The notes beneath the pieces are model-generated. The model saw only the letters and a list, made by a program, of their open reading frames with translations, did no database searches and was not told where the DNA came from. From Planctomycetota bacterium (GTDB lineage: Bacteria; Planctomycetota; UBA8108; UBA1146), in NCBI GenBank assembly GCA_036338595.1, contig JAYZBV010000099.1, forward strand, positions 1 through 45,431: a stretch of DNA of 45,431 bases. Reading direction: 5' to 3'. The translations under genes and the position numbers were made by a program. Shown one piece after another: positions 36,212 through 43,917 of this stretch. Every line of letters starts with the position of its first letter. The first letter of the stretch is position 1.

Positions 36212-36639
36212 TGGTCCTTCTCCTGGCAATACTCCAGTTGCGGCTCGATGGCGAAGACCTGTTCAAAGGTCATCCCGCCGAAACCGCCGATGAAGTCATC
36301 GGGTCGATCTGAGTCCCTCTTACCGAGCAACTTGTGGTCGATCAGGTCAAACACCATCTTCCCGACATCTTCAGCATCGATGATACCCCAGGCCTCAAAG
36401 ACGCAGCCGGTCAGACAGCCAAACTCCAGGATGGCGTACTGGCGCACCGATTCCAGTAACTCCTGAGCACCGACATGATGTCTCTCATCGGCCTCGATCG
36501 GCTCATAATCCTCGAGGCCATGAACACGGCGTACGGAGTGATCGAGTGCATCGAACAGAAAGGCATAGGCTTCACGAGGGAATTCTCGACGCACCTGTAA
36601 CAGTGCCTCAAATCGCTCCTCGGGATTCGGATCCGTCAC
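36181..36639 (-). CDS. Minf_1886 family protein (Planctomycetes/Verrucomicrobia-restricted conserved protein)
   Basis: R.F..EAY.FL.DAL, HV...ELL...R.YA..EFG.L...V...WGI....DVG.MVF.LI...LLGK...D...DF pattern. GTG start after AGGAGG. Confidence 0.85.
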   Translation of the reverse strand: MTDPNPEERFEALLQVRREFPREAYAFLFDALDHSVRRVHGLEDYEPIEADERHHVGAQELLESVRQYAILEFGCLTGCVFEAWGIIDAEDVGKMVFDLIDHKLLGKRDSDRPDDFIGGFGGMTFEQVFAIEPQLEYCQEKDQWTASYRSAS

Positions 36640-36704
36640 TGGACGGCCTCCTGGCCCGGGATCCCCGCGCGGCGAGCGGTTTCCCTCCGGACCCAGATGG
36701 GCAG

Positions 36705-36744
36705 ATGTTAGGAGTTCGACGATTTCGGGCAAGCGGTTCGGGCA
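36705..36744 (-). promoter_or_regulatory. Candidate sigma70 promoter TTGCCC-16-TAACAT with TGCCCGAA direct repeat
   Basis: -35 and -10 hexamers on the minus strand upstream of the Minf_1886 gene; 8-bp direct repeat at 36724-36731 and 36737-36744. Confidence 0.45.
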
Positions 36745-36804
36745 CGAGATGGGTGAACAGATCGAAAAACTCCTGTACAGGTGCGATCGGTGGTAGCCCC
36801 GGGC

Positions 36805-37788
36805 TCAGGCCACCCCCAGCGATCGTGGCATCCGCACCCGAAGTTGATCCAGATCGAGGGCCGATAGGATCATCAAGGTCGCCTCCAGGCACAGATCGGG
36901 TGAGCCGGAGCGTTCGACATGGCGCACGACATGGGCCAGCATCGTGGCTCGCTCGGCCGCCAGGCGGCGACCATCCACATCGTCGGACCGAAACGCCCAG
37001 ATTCCATCGGCGAGGATTCGAATCGTCTGAACCACCGCTTCCCGATCACTCTGGCCACCCTCGACATCGGCGAGCGCGACCAGATCACGAGCATCTCGAG
37101 GCGGGTGCATCAGGATCTCGCGCAACGGAACTTCGCCGCCGCAGCGTTGCATCGCTTCGAACAGACCGATGGCAGCCCCGGGTCTGCCACCGACACCGAC
37201 AAAGAGTTGCTCTGCAGTGGTGGCATCGATCGGATGTCTCGACAGCACCTCGAGGAATGCTTCCCTCGTCAGCGGTCCAACAGAGATCTGCTGACAGCGC
37301 GACACGATGGTGCTCAACAGTTGTGCGGGTCTGTGTGAACAGAGCAGAAATACCACCCCCTGCGCAGGTTCCTCGAGGATCTTCAACAGCGCATTTGCTG
37401 CGGCTTCCTGGAGCCGCTCGGCAGGATCGATGATGACGATGCGGCGATCCCCACTGCGCAACGACAACGATCTCATCATCTCGCGCAAACTCGCCAGGTC
37501 GATTCCCCGACCCTCTGCAGAGTCGAGGATTTGCAGACCGCCATGGTTGCCCGATTCGATCGCCTGGCAGCCCCCACAATGACCACACGCCTCGACCTCA
37601 CCGGAGTCAGGATCATCGACCCCTGACTGACGACACAGCAACGCCGCCGCCAGTTGCCTGGCCAGCAGCCCCTTGCCGATCCCCTCGGGGCCCGACAGCA
37701 GGTAGGCGTGAGAGATGCGACCGTGGCGAAATGCCCGGGCGAGATAGCCCCTCACGACATCGTGGCCGAGCACGTCATCGAAGGACAT
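36805..37788 (-). CDS. holB: DNA polymerase III delta' subunit
   Basis: HAYLLSGPEGIGK, CGHCGGC zinc motif, AANALLKILEEP, LLSTIVSRCQ; directly downstream of tmk. Confidence 0.93.
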   Translation of the reverse strand: MSFDDVLGHDVVRGYLARAFRHGRISHAYLLSGPEGIGKGLLARQLAAALLCRQSGVDDPDSGEVEACGHCGGCQAIESGNHGGLQILDSAEGRGIDLASLREMMRSLSLRSGDRRIVIIDPAERLQEAAANALLKILEEPAQGVVFLLCSHRPAQLLSTIVSRCQQISVGPLTREAFLEVLSRHPIDATTAEQLFVGVGGRPGAAIGLFEAMQRCGGEVPLREILMHPPRDARDLVALADVEGGQSDREAVVQTIRILADGIWAFRSDDVDGRRLAAERATMLAHVVRHVERSGSPDLCLEATLMILSALDLDQLRVRMPRSLGVA

Positions 37789-38392
37789 CGGTCACCTCCT
37801 TGCGGATCATCGCCTCGACATCATCCGCGCTGCGGGTGCCGTCGATGCGGATGATGCGATCGCCGGGGATACCCACCACCGTGGCAAAAGCAGCGACCGT
37901 TCTCTCGGCAAGACCGGGCCTCGATTCGAAACGATCACTCTGCTGCGACCGCTGCTCGATCCGCTGTAGTAACTGTTCAGCTGCGATTTCCAGCACGATG
38001 TTGAGCGACGGGCGGCGCTCAGCGAGCACCACCTGACACAACTCGACGGCGCGCTGTTCTCCCAGTTTGCCCGCCAATCCCTGGTAGACCACCGTCGACA
38101 GATGAAATCGATCGGCGATCACCCACTTTCCTTGCGAGAGCGCCGGTTCGATCACTTCATCGAGCAACTGCGCTCTACTGGCCAGAAACAGCAGCGCTTC
38201 CGCCTCGCTGCAAAGCGGTTCATCGCCATCGAGAAGGATCGCCCTGACCCGCTCCCCCAGCGATGTGGAACCGGGTTCCCTGACCGTGACCACCTGCTGG
38301 CCATCTTCTCGGAGCCATGCTGCGAGGCGGTCAACCTGCGTCGACTTGCCACAACCGTCCGCTCCTTCGAGTGCGATGAATCGGGACATCAT
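37775..38392 (-). CDS. tmk: Thymidylate kinase
   Basis: FIALEGADGCGKSTQ, REPG, EALLFLASRAQ, ADRF..STVVYQG, DRFE. Confidence 0.97.
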   Translation of the reverse strand: MMSRFIALEGADGCGKSTQVDRLAAWLREDGQQVVTVREPGSTSLGERVRAILLDGDEPLCSEAEALLFLASRAQLLDEVIEPALSQGKWVIADRFHLSTVVYQGLAGKLGEQRAVELCQVVLAERRPSLNIVLEIAAEQLLQRIEQRSQQSDRFESRPGLAERTVAAFATVVGIPGDRIIRIDGTRSADDVEAMIRKEVTDVLR

Positions 38393-39336
38393 GATAGCGG
38401 CACCTGGGCATCTGCCATGTAAGAGGAGCGAACAAAGGGGGCCGAAAAAACCATCGAGAAGCCGATCGACTCACCGACCTCGCGCCACATCTCGAAGATC
38501 TCCGGATGGATGTACTCCTCCACCGGCAAGCTGGTCGGGTCCGGTTGCAGGTACTGACCGATGGTGACGATTCGAACTCCCGAACGATGGAGGTCCTCGA
38601 GCAAGGAACGAACCTCATCTTGCTGTTCTCCCAGTCCCAGCATCAATCCCGATTTCACCCACATCCGATCACGATCTGGAGTGGCCTCTGCAGCCGCTGC
38701 GACCCTGGCCAGCAGATCGAGGCTACGCTGATAACGCGCTCCGGGGCGAGTCTTGATGTAGAGCGATGGTACCGTCTCGATGTTGTGATTGAAAACATCA
38801 GGACGCGCATCGATGACCCGGTCGATATCGATCGCTCGACCACGGAAGTCCGGTGTCAGCACCTCGACCTTGACCCCAGGTATGAGGCGACGGATCTCCT
38901 CGATGCATCGAACGAAGTGACCACTGCCCTGATCCGGAAGATCATCTCGATTGACCGAGGTCACGACGACATGCTGGAGTCCCAGTTCGAGGGAGGCCTC
39001 GGCAACCTTCAGCGGCTCATCTTCATCTGGTGGACCGACCGGCCCGCCCCGCACCGAGCAGAAGGGACACGATCGAGTACAGCGATCCCCCAGCACCAGA
39101 AATGTCGCAGTGCCACGCGACCAGCAGTGGTTGCGATTGGGACAGCGCGCTTCTTCACAGATGGTATGGAGCGCCCGATCCTTCAGTGCCGTTGCCGTGG
39201 TGTGCCCACCTGCACCGGGAGCCAGCGGCATCTTCAGCCATGCTGGCAGTCGTTGCCGCTGCCAGCCGCTAGCCCCGGTCCGATCGGCACCGTTGCCGAC
39301 TTCGTTACCGTCTTCGATTTCATCTGTGGAACGCAT
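38389..39336 (-). CDS. lipA: Lipoyl synthase
   Basis: CEEARCPNRNHC (CX4CX5C), CTRSCPFC radical-SAM motif, TSVNRDDL, FNHNIETV, KSGLMLGLGE, GQYLQP, VRSSY. Confidence 0.98.
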   Translation of the reverse strand: MRSTDEIEDGNEVGNGADRTGASGWQRQRLPAWLKMPLAPGAGGHTTATALKDRALHTICEEARCPNRNHCWSRGTATFLVLGDRCTRSCPFCSVRGGPVGPPDEDEPLKVAEASLELGLQHVVVTSVNRDDLPDQGSGHFVRCIEEIRRLIPGVKVEVLTPDFRGRAIDIDRVIDARPDVFNHNIETVPSLYIKTRPGARYQRSLDLLARVAAAAEATPDRDRMWVKSGLMLGLGEQQDEVRSLLEDLHRSGVRIVTIGQYLQPDPTSLPVEEYIHPEIFEMWREVGESIGFSMVFSAPFVRSSYMADAQVPLS

Positions 39337-39423
39337 CGGGAACCTCCGGGGAACGCCACTTGCGCCCCGAGAAATCACCCTAGCCCGACGATGCCGTTGC
39401 AGCAAGCAGCACCGATGAGGCGG

Positions 39424-40302
39424 CTAATGGTGGGCTGCGATGGCGTCGTGGAGCTGGGGAAGTGCCTGTTTCATCGCGTCCCTGCCCGCCTCGACGATGC
39501 TCGACAGATTCGACACATCGCTCCAGGTTCGTTGCCCTACGCGCGGACGAACCACGATATCTGCCTCCTCCAGTTCCACCTCGGTGAGCCAGTTGCGGGC
39601 GATGGTGGCGATCCGCTGCAGCGATTCCATTCCGGTGTCGATCTCTTGCCTCGGCAGCAATCGCCGTGAGGGATCGATGGCGAGCACCACCGAATCTGGA
39701 CTGGCAGCGCGGGCTGCTGCGACAGGGACACTCGAGACCGCGCCTGCATCGCACAGCAGCATCTCGTCTCGTTCCACGGCTCCAAAAACTCCGGGTATGG
39801 CACTCGATGCACACACCGCATCGGCCAGAGATCCAGACTTGATCGTCACCATGCGTGCTTCCAGTAGATCGAGCGCGACCACCTGAAAAGGCACCCGACA
39901 ATCATCGAAACTTCCCTCTCCCACCAGGATGTCGATCAATTGCTCGAGAACACCTTCCTCGATGACACCTGGTCTGCGCGCCAGATTGGCGAGGTGGAGG
40001 CCACGCCTCAGCAGCGAACGAATCGCCTGGAAGGGACCGTTGTCCTCGTCGCTGGCAGCGGCCAGCATCATGCCGCCGAGCCGGATGTTGCGAAACTCGG
40101 GAGAGGACATCACCTCGATGGCACGCAAGGCGAGCACCGCAGCATCGGGGTCCATGCACCACCGAGCGCCAGCGATCGCTCCAGCTGAGATTCCGGAAAC
40201 GGAGTGGATCTCGATCCCCTCCTCCTCCAGCACCTGCAGCGCACCGATGTGGGCCAACCCCCTCGTCCCCCCACCGCCCAGAGCGACCGAGACTCCACTC
40301 AC
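39424..40302 (-). CDS. Patatin-like phospholipase
   Basis: ALGGGGTRGLAHIG, nucleophile GISAG, ASSAIPGVF, DAG (variant of DGG). Confidence 0.92.
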   Translation of the reverse strand: MSGVSVALGGGGTRGLAHIGALQVLEEEGIEIHSVSGISAGAIAGARWCMDPDAAVLALRAIEVMSSPEFRNIRLGGMMLAAASDEDNGPFQAIRSLLRRGLHLANLARRPGVIEEGVLEQLIDILVGEGSFDDCRVPFQVVALDLLEARMVTIKSGSLADAVCASSAIPGVFGAVERDEMLLCDAGAVSSVPVAAARAASPDSVVLAIDPSRRLLPRQEIDTGMESLQRIATIARNWLTEVELEEADIVVRPRVGQRTWSDVSNLSSIVEAGRDAMKQALPQLHDAIAAHH

Positions 40303-41813
40303 TACGAACCTCCCCCGGCTTGCTTGCGAAGATCCACGATGCGTTTCTCCTTCAGTTGCGTCTCCATGCCGAGCCGCTCCAGCATCTCAGTGCGATCGAT
40401 CACCTCGACACGCGAAGGTCGGATCTCGGCGGCTTCAGCGATGCGGCTGGCCAACCACTCCTCGATCCCGTCGACTGCGTGGCCTTCACGAAGACTCACC
40501 GAGATGCCCATCTCATCCACTTCGAGCGGGTCATCGTTACGTTTGCTCAGCACCACCTGCCATTCATCTACTCGCTCAGAATCGGTCAGCAGATCGGTGA
40601 TGACATTGAGATTGACCAGCGTTCCCTTGATCTTGGTCAATGACATGTCGGTCTGATTCGAGGCACGACTCAGGTCAGAAGAGAAACGTGGCACCGTTCG
40701 GCCACAGGCAGGACAGGGCTCACGAGTCATTCCCCCATTCACCAGGTCTCCGGTGCGGTAACGAAGAATCAGGGACCCACGACCATCGAGAGGGGTGTAG
40801 ACCAGTTCGCCGGTGGTTCCATCGGGCACCTGTTCACCGGTCTCCGGGTCGACGATCTCGAACAGGTCGAGATCGGGATAGGTGTGAAATCCTGTCTCGC
40901 GGCCACCGGGGCACTCGATCCAGCACTTCTTCGATTCGGTGAAGCCGAGCACGCTGGTCACCTTGGGATTGTTGGAGCCATTCTCCTTGAGCATCGAGGC
41001 CAGTTTTTCCCGGTACCCGATGGTGACACGGTCGCCGCCGAGGAAGACCACCTCTATCGATGAGAGGTCGCGCCCCTCCTCTACGCCCTGGCGGATCAGG
41101 TGATAGACATATCCGGGGATTCCGGTCAGGTGAGTCGGTCGCATCTTTTCCAGCGCACGAAGTATTCCATCGGTCCCCATCGCCCGGCCCCCGCCGGTGT
41201 GCAGGGTGAAGATCTCGTTCGCGAGTCCCACCCCATGGACCTGCCAGAAGGCCAGGTGCGGCGCGTATGGAAAAACACTGACGAGACGATCCTCTTGGGA
41301 TGTGACACCGATCACTTCGCCCATCCGACGACCACACTCGTGCAAGATGTCGAGATCGTATCGACTCAGGAAAAAGGAAGTGGGTAATGCAGTTCTGCCG
41401 GTCGTGAAGAAGGCCTGCACGGGTCTATATTCGGTTCCGAGACGCTTACGCACCTCGTCCTTGCCGTGTCGAATCGCTGTCCACATCAAGGCTGCCTTCT
41501 GCGTCGGCGAAAGCACCTTTCGGATCGATTCCTGATCGGGTTGAAGAACAAAACTCTTGGGTCGATCGGGATACTCTGCCGTGGGAGCGATGTCGATTTT
41601 CGATGAGAAGGGAATCTTCTGCATGTCCGTATACCCTTGCAGCGAATCGATATCCAGGTCCGCCAGCTTTTCACGATAGTGCGGGTGAAAAGGAAGGATC
41701 TTCTGTTTCAGATGTCGACGCAGCAGCGCCATCTGCTGCTCCTCGAGTTGCGCAAGATCCGGGTGACCCCAGTCACGAGCCAGACTCCCCTTTGGACTGT
41801 ATCGCCCCGGCAT
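40302..41813 (-). CDS. Phenylacetate-CoA ligase (PaaK)-like adenylate-forming enzyme
   Basis: KIPFSSKID, divergent P-loop TTGRTALP, LGFTE, EIVDPETGEQVPDGTTGELVYT, RYRTGDL, CPACGRT, KIKGTLV. Substrate unknown. Confidence 0.8.
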   Translation of the reverse strand: MPGRYSPKGSLARDWGHPDLAQLEEQQMALLRRHLKQKILPFHPHYREKLADLDIDSLQGYTDMQKIPFSSKIDIAPTAEYPDRPKSFVLQPDQESIRKVLSPTQKAALMWTAIRHGKDEVRKRLGTEYRPVQAFFTTGRTALPTSFFLSRYDLDILHECGRRMGEVIGVTSQEDRLVSVFPYAPHLAFWQVHGVGLANEIFTLHTGGGRAMGTDGILRALEKMRPTHLTGIPGYVYHLIRQGVEEGRDLSSIEVVFLGGDRVTIGYREKLASMLKENGSNNPKVTSVLGFTESKKCWIECPGGRETGFHTYPDLDLFEIVDPETGEQVPDGTTGELVYTPLDGRGSLILRYRTGDLVNGGMTREPCPACGRTVPRFSSDLSRASNQTDMSLTKIKGTLVNLNVITDLLTDSERVDEWQVVLSKRNDDPLEVDEMGISVSLREGHAVDGIEEWLASRIAEAAEIRPSRVEVIDRTEMLERLGMETQLKEKRIVDLRKQAGGGS

Positions 41814-41970
41814 CGCCACCCGACTCTCCTCTCCTGCTCGAGGCAGGCCACTCGCCTGCTGGATTTCACCTGAGGAACCCCCCCGGTCCCCACGGCCGCT
41901 TTCGGCTGGCAGAGAATACCATCCTCAGGCACCTCAAATCACTCACCTCTGGCCGTTGCTTCGCATCTGG

Positions 41971-42011
41971 GGCCGATTCGACGCCCCGAGCCCCTGCATC
42001 GTACTCTTCTC
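41971..42011 (+). promoter_or_regulatory. Candidate promoter GGCCGATT-N20-TCGTACTCTTCTC of the 42075/42580 operon
   Basis: Shares a 13-mer and an 8-mer with the pilM upstream region, and 14/15 nt with the pilT upstream motif. Confidence 0.6.
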
Positions 42012-42074
42012 GGGGAGTTCCCCGTCCGCCGGGCGAGCCTCTCCCCCGACTCAACAAGTTACGGAAGGCAACAC

Positions 42075-42563
42075 ATGACCCCCTGGAAGTTGGTGCTGGT
42101 TCTCTGTGGTATCGCTGGTTTTTCCTTCATCGCCCTCGACGGTCCACGTCAGGTGCTGGGGGCATTCCCGCAGATCCCGGAGGCCATCTCGTCGGTGCTG
42201 CTGAGCGGCTCCCCCTTTGACACGGTGCTGGCGATCATCAGCCTGGTGCTGATCAGCGTCGGCCTGATGCCGAACGGTCAGTTGCAGGTCTCGCGCGGAG
42301 AATTTCTGCAGGCGATCTCGCTCGGTTGCGCCATCGTCGTCAGCGTCTGCCTGGCGGTGGCGATTCACTTTTCTGCGGGTTCGGGTCCGATGCTGCCGGG
42401 AATCGTCACTTCGGTGGCGATCATCCAGGGGCTACTGGGAATCTGCGCGGCAACGATCCTGGTCGTGAACCAGGAGACCCGGCCCCTCGCCGGATTGCCG
42501 CTGATTGCAAATACGGGGCTCTGTGCCATCGCCATCTTCTTTGTCCTCGGCCCGGTCGCCTGA
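42075..42563 (+). CDS. Hypothetical integral membrane protein (about 4-5 TM)
   Basis: 162 aa, almost wholly hydrophobic segments, SD-like GGAAGG upstream, GC3-rich codon usage. Confidence 0.75.
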   Translation: MTPWKLVLVLCGIAGFSFIALDGPRQVLGAFPQIPEAISSVLLSGSPFDTVLAIISLVLISVGLMPNGQLQVSRGEFLQAISLGCAIVVSVCLAVAIHFSAGSGPMLPGIVTSVAIIQGLLGICAATILVVNQETRPLAGLPLIANTGLCAIAIFFVLGPVA

Positions 42564-42579
42564 AGCGAAGGAAATAAAA

Positions 42580-43689
42580 ATGTTGTACTGCGACGATTGC
42601 GGTTCGATCACTGAAAAGAACAACGGACCCGAAGACGGAACCGTGCGCTGTCCCCGTTGCGCCGGCGCGACGGAAGAGTCCCCCGCCACCAGCGGTCTCG
42701 CTTTGCTCGATGACCCGTCTGGAAGCGATGCTGGCGACAGCCAGAGCAGCTTTGGTGATTCCGATCTCGACCTCTTCTCGAACGAGACCATCGCTCAGAA
42801 GAAGAGCAAACCAAAGACCCCGACGGGAGAGACGAAGTTGCGCCTCATCGATGATGAGCAGGACAGTTTCCCGCCCGTGACGCCACCGAGTCGTGTCCCC
42901 GAGCCGATCGAGGAGGATGCACAGCAGTGGAGTTTCGAGTGCCTCGCCTGCTCTGGCACCCTGAGCATCGAAGCGGTCGAGGTGCGCAGTAAACTGTCCT
43001 GTCCCCGCTGTCAGATCACCATGGTGGTCGAGGCGGACGGACAGGTTTCGCTCCCTGACACGGCTGCCAGCGCCAGTGACAGTGCCGGACAGGAGGATTC
43101 CGGACAGCACATCGACTTCTCGAACGATGCCGAGACCCTCGATCATTTCTTTGCTGGTGAGGAGTCCTCGACGGAAGAGTCGGCAGATCCGGTACAGACG
43201 CACACAGGATCTCCCAGCGCTCCCGTCACCACCCCTTCGAACGCGGCGCTGCGTGCTGCCGAGAACAAGTGCAGCAGCGACAGCGACACCATCACGATGG
43301 CACCATCGCCATCCGCTGAGATGTCCGACACCTCGACAGCGATGCAGGATCCTGCGCTGGACACATCCCTCGAGGACGCCCTCGGCTTCCTCGATGAAGA
43401 GGTGATCGACTCTGACGATGCTTGCGAACTGCTGGGCGATCCGCTGCCACACGCCACCGAGGAGCCCGAGAACTCGGTGACACAGGAGGGCCACGCGGTA
43501 CCTCTCGAACCGGCGACGATGATGCTGTGGAGTGGCCTCTTTGCGCTGCCGAGTCTGGCCGCGCTGCTGGTCAACCGCCTGCCTCTCGGCTCGGAAGTGA
43601 CCCAGACGCTCAGTCGTGTCGGATCCAACGTCCAGGCCCGCTGTGGTGATTTCCTCGACCAGTTCCTGCCGTGGATCGGCAGCTTCTAG
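42580..43689 (+). CDS. Hypothetical protein: two zinc-ribbon (CxxC..CPRC) modules, acidic disordered linkers, C-terminal membrane segment
   Basis: MLYCDDCG...VRCPRC and FECLACSG...LSCPRC; long D/E/S/T/P-rich linkers; hydrophobic MMLWSGLFALPSLAALLV near the C-terminus. ATG at 42580 after AAGGA. Confidence 0.8.
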   Translation: MLYCDDCGSITEKNNGPEDGTVRCPRCAGATEESPATSGLALLDDPSGSDAGDSQSSFGDSDLDLFSNETIAQKKSKPKTPTGETKLRLIDDEQDSFPPVTPPSRVPEPIEEDAQQWSFECLACSGTLSIEAVEVRSKLSCPRCQITMVVEADGQVSLPDTAASASDSAGQEDSGQHIDFSNDAETLDHFFAGEESSTEESADPVQTHTGSPSAPVTTPSNAALRAAENKCSSDSDTITMAPSPSAEMSDTSTAMQDPALDTSLEDALGFLDEEVIDSDDACELLGDPLPHATEEPENSVTQEGHAVPLEPATMMLWSGLFALPSLAALLVNRLPLGSEVTQTLSRVGSNVQARCGDFLDQFLPWIGSF

Positions 43690-43700
43690 AGGTAGCCAAC

Positions 43701-43728
43701 TTGCAGGATTCGTCGCGGACGCTACACT
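43701..43728 (+). promoter_or_regulatory. Sigma70-type promoter for tRNA-Val (TTGCAG-16-TACACT)
   Basis: Near-consensus hexamers 27 nt upstream of the tRNA, followed by a GC-rich discriminator GCCCCG. Confidence 0.6.
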
Positions 43729-43755
43729 GCCCCGTTCGAGGTTCCCTCGAAAACG

Positions 43756-43832
43756 GGGCGATTAGCTCAGCTGGCTAGAGCACTAGCTCGACAAGCTAGG
43801 GGTCACTGGTTCGAGTCCAGTATCGCCCACCA
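43756..43832 (+). tRNA. tRNA-Val(GAC)
   Basis: Acceptor GGGCGAT/ATCGCCC + A + CCA; D arm GCTC/GAGC; anticodon stem CTAGC/GCTAG with loop TCGACAA; T arm ACTGG-TTCGAGT-CCAGT. Confidence 0.96.
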
Positions 43833-43843
43833 TTGATTCCATC

Positions 43844-43875
43844 TGAGCCACCCGGTCTTGCGATCGGGTGGCTCA
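43844..43875. terminator. Hairpin terminator after the tRNA / between convergent units
   Basis: 14-bp stem TGAGCCACCCGGTC / GATCGGGTGGCTCA (one G-U pair) with a 4-nt loop; weak U tail. Confidence 0.65.
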
Positions 43876-43917
43876 TTCAATTGTAGAAGTTCTCATCGGG
43901 TGTGCCCAGCATTCGGG

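Noticed and set aside
38506..39669. 387-aa plus-strand ORF
   Set aside because: Shadow of lipA/patatin; no recognisable domain.
42421..43494. 357-aa minus-strand ORF
   Set aside because: Antisense to the zinc-ribbon gene, which has an RBS, paired Cys motifs and operon context.
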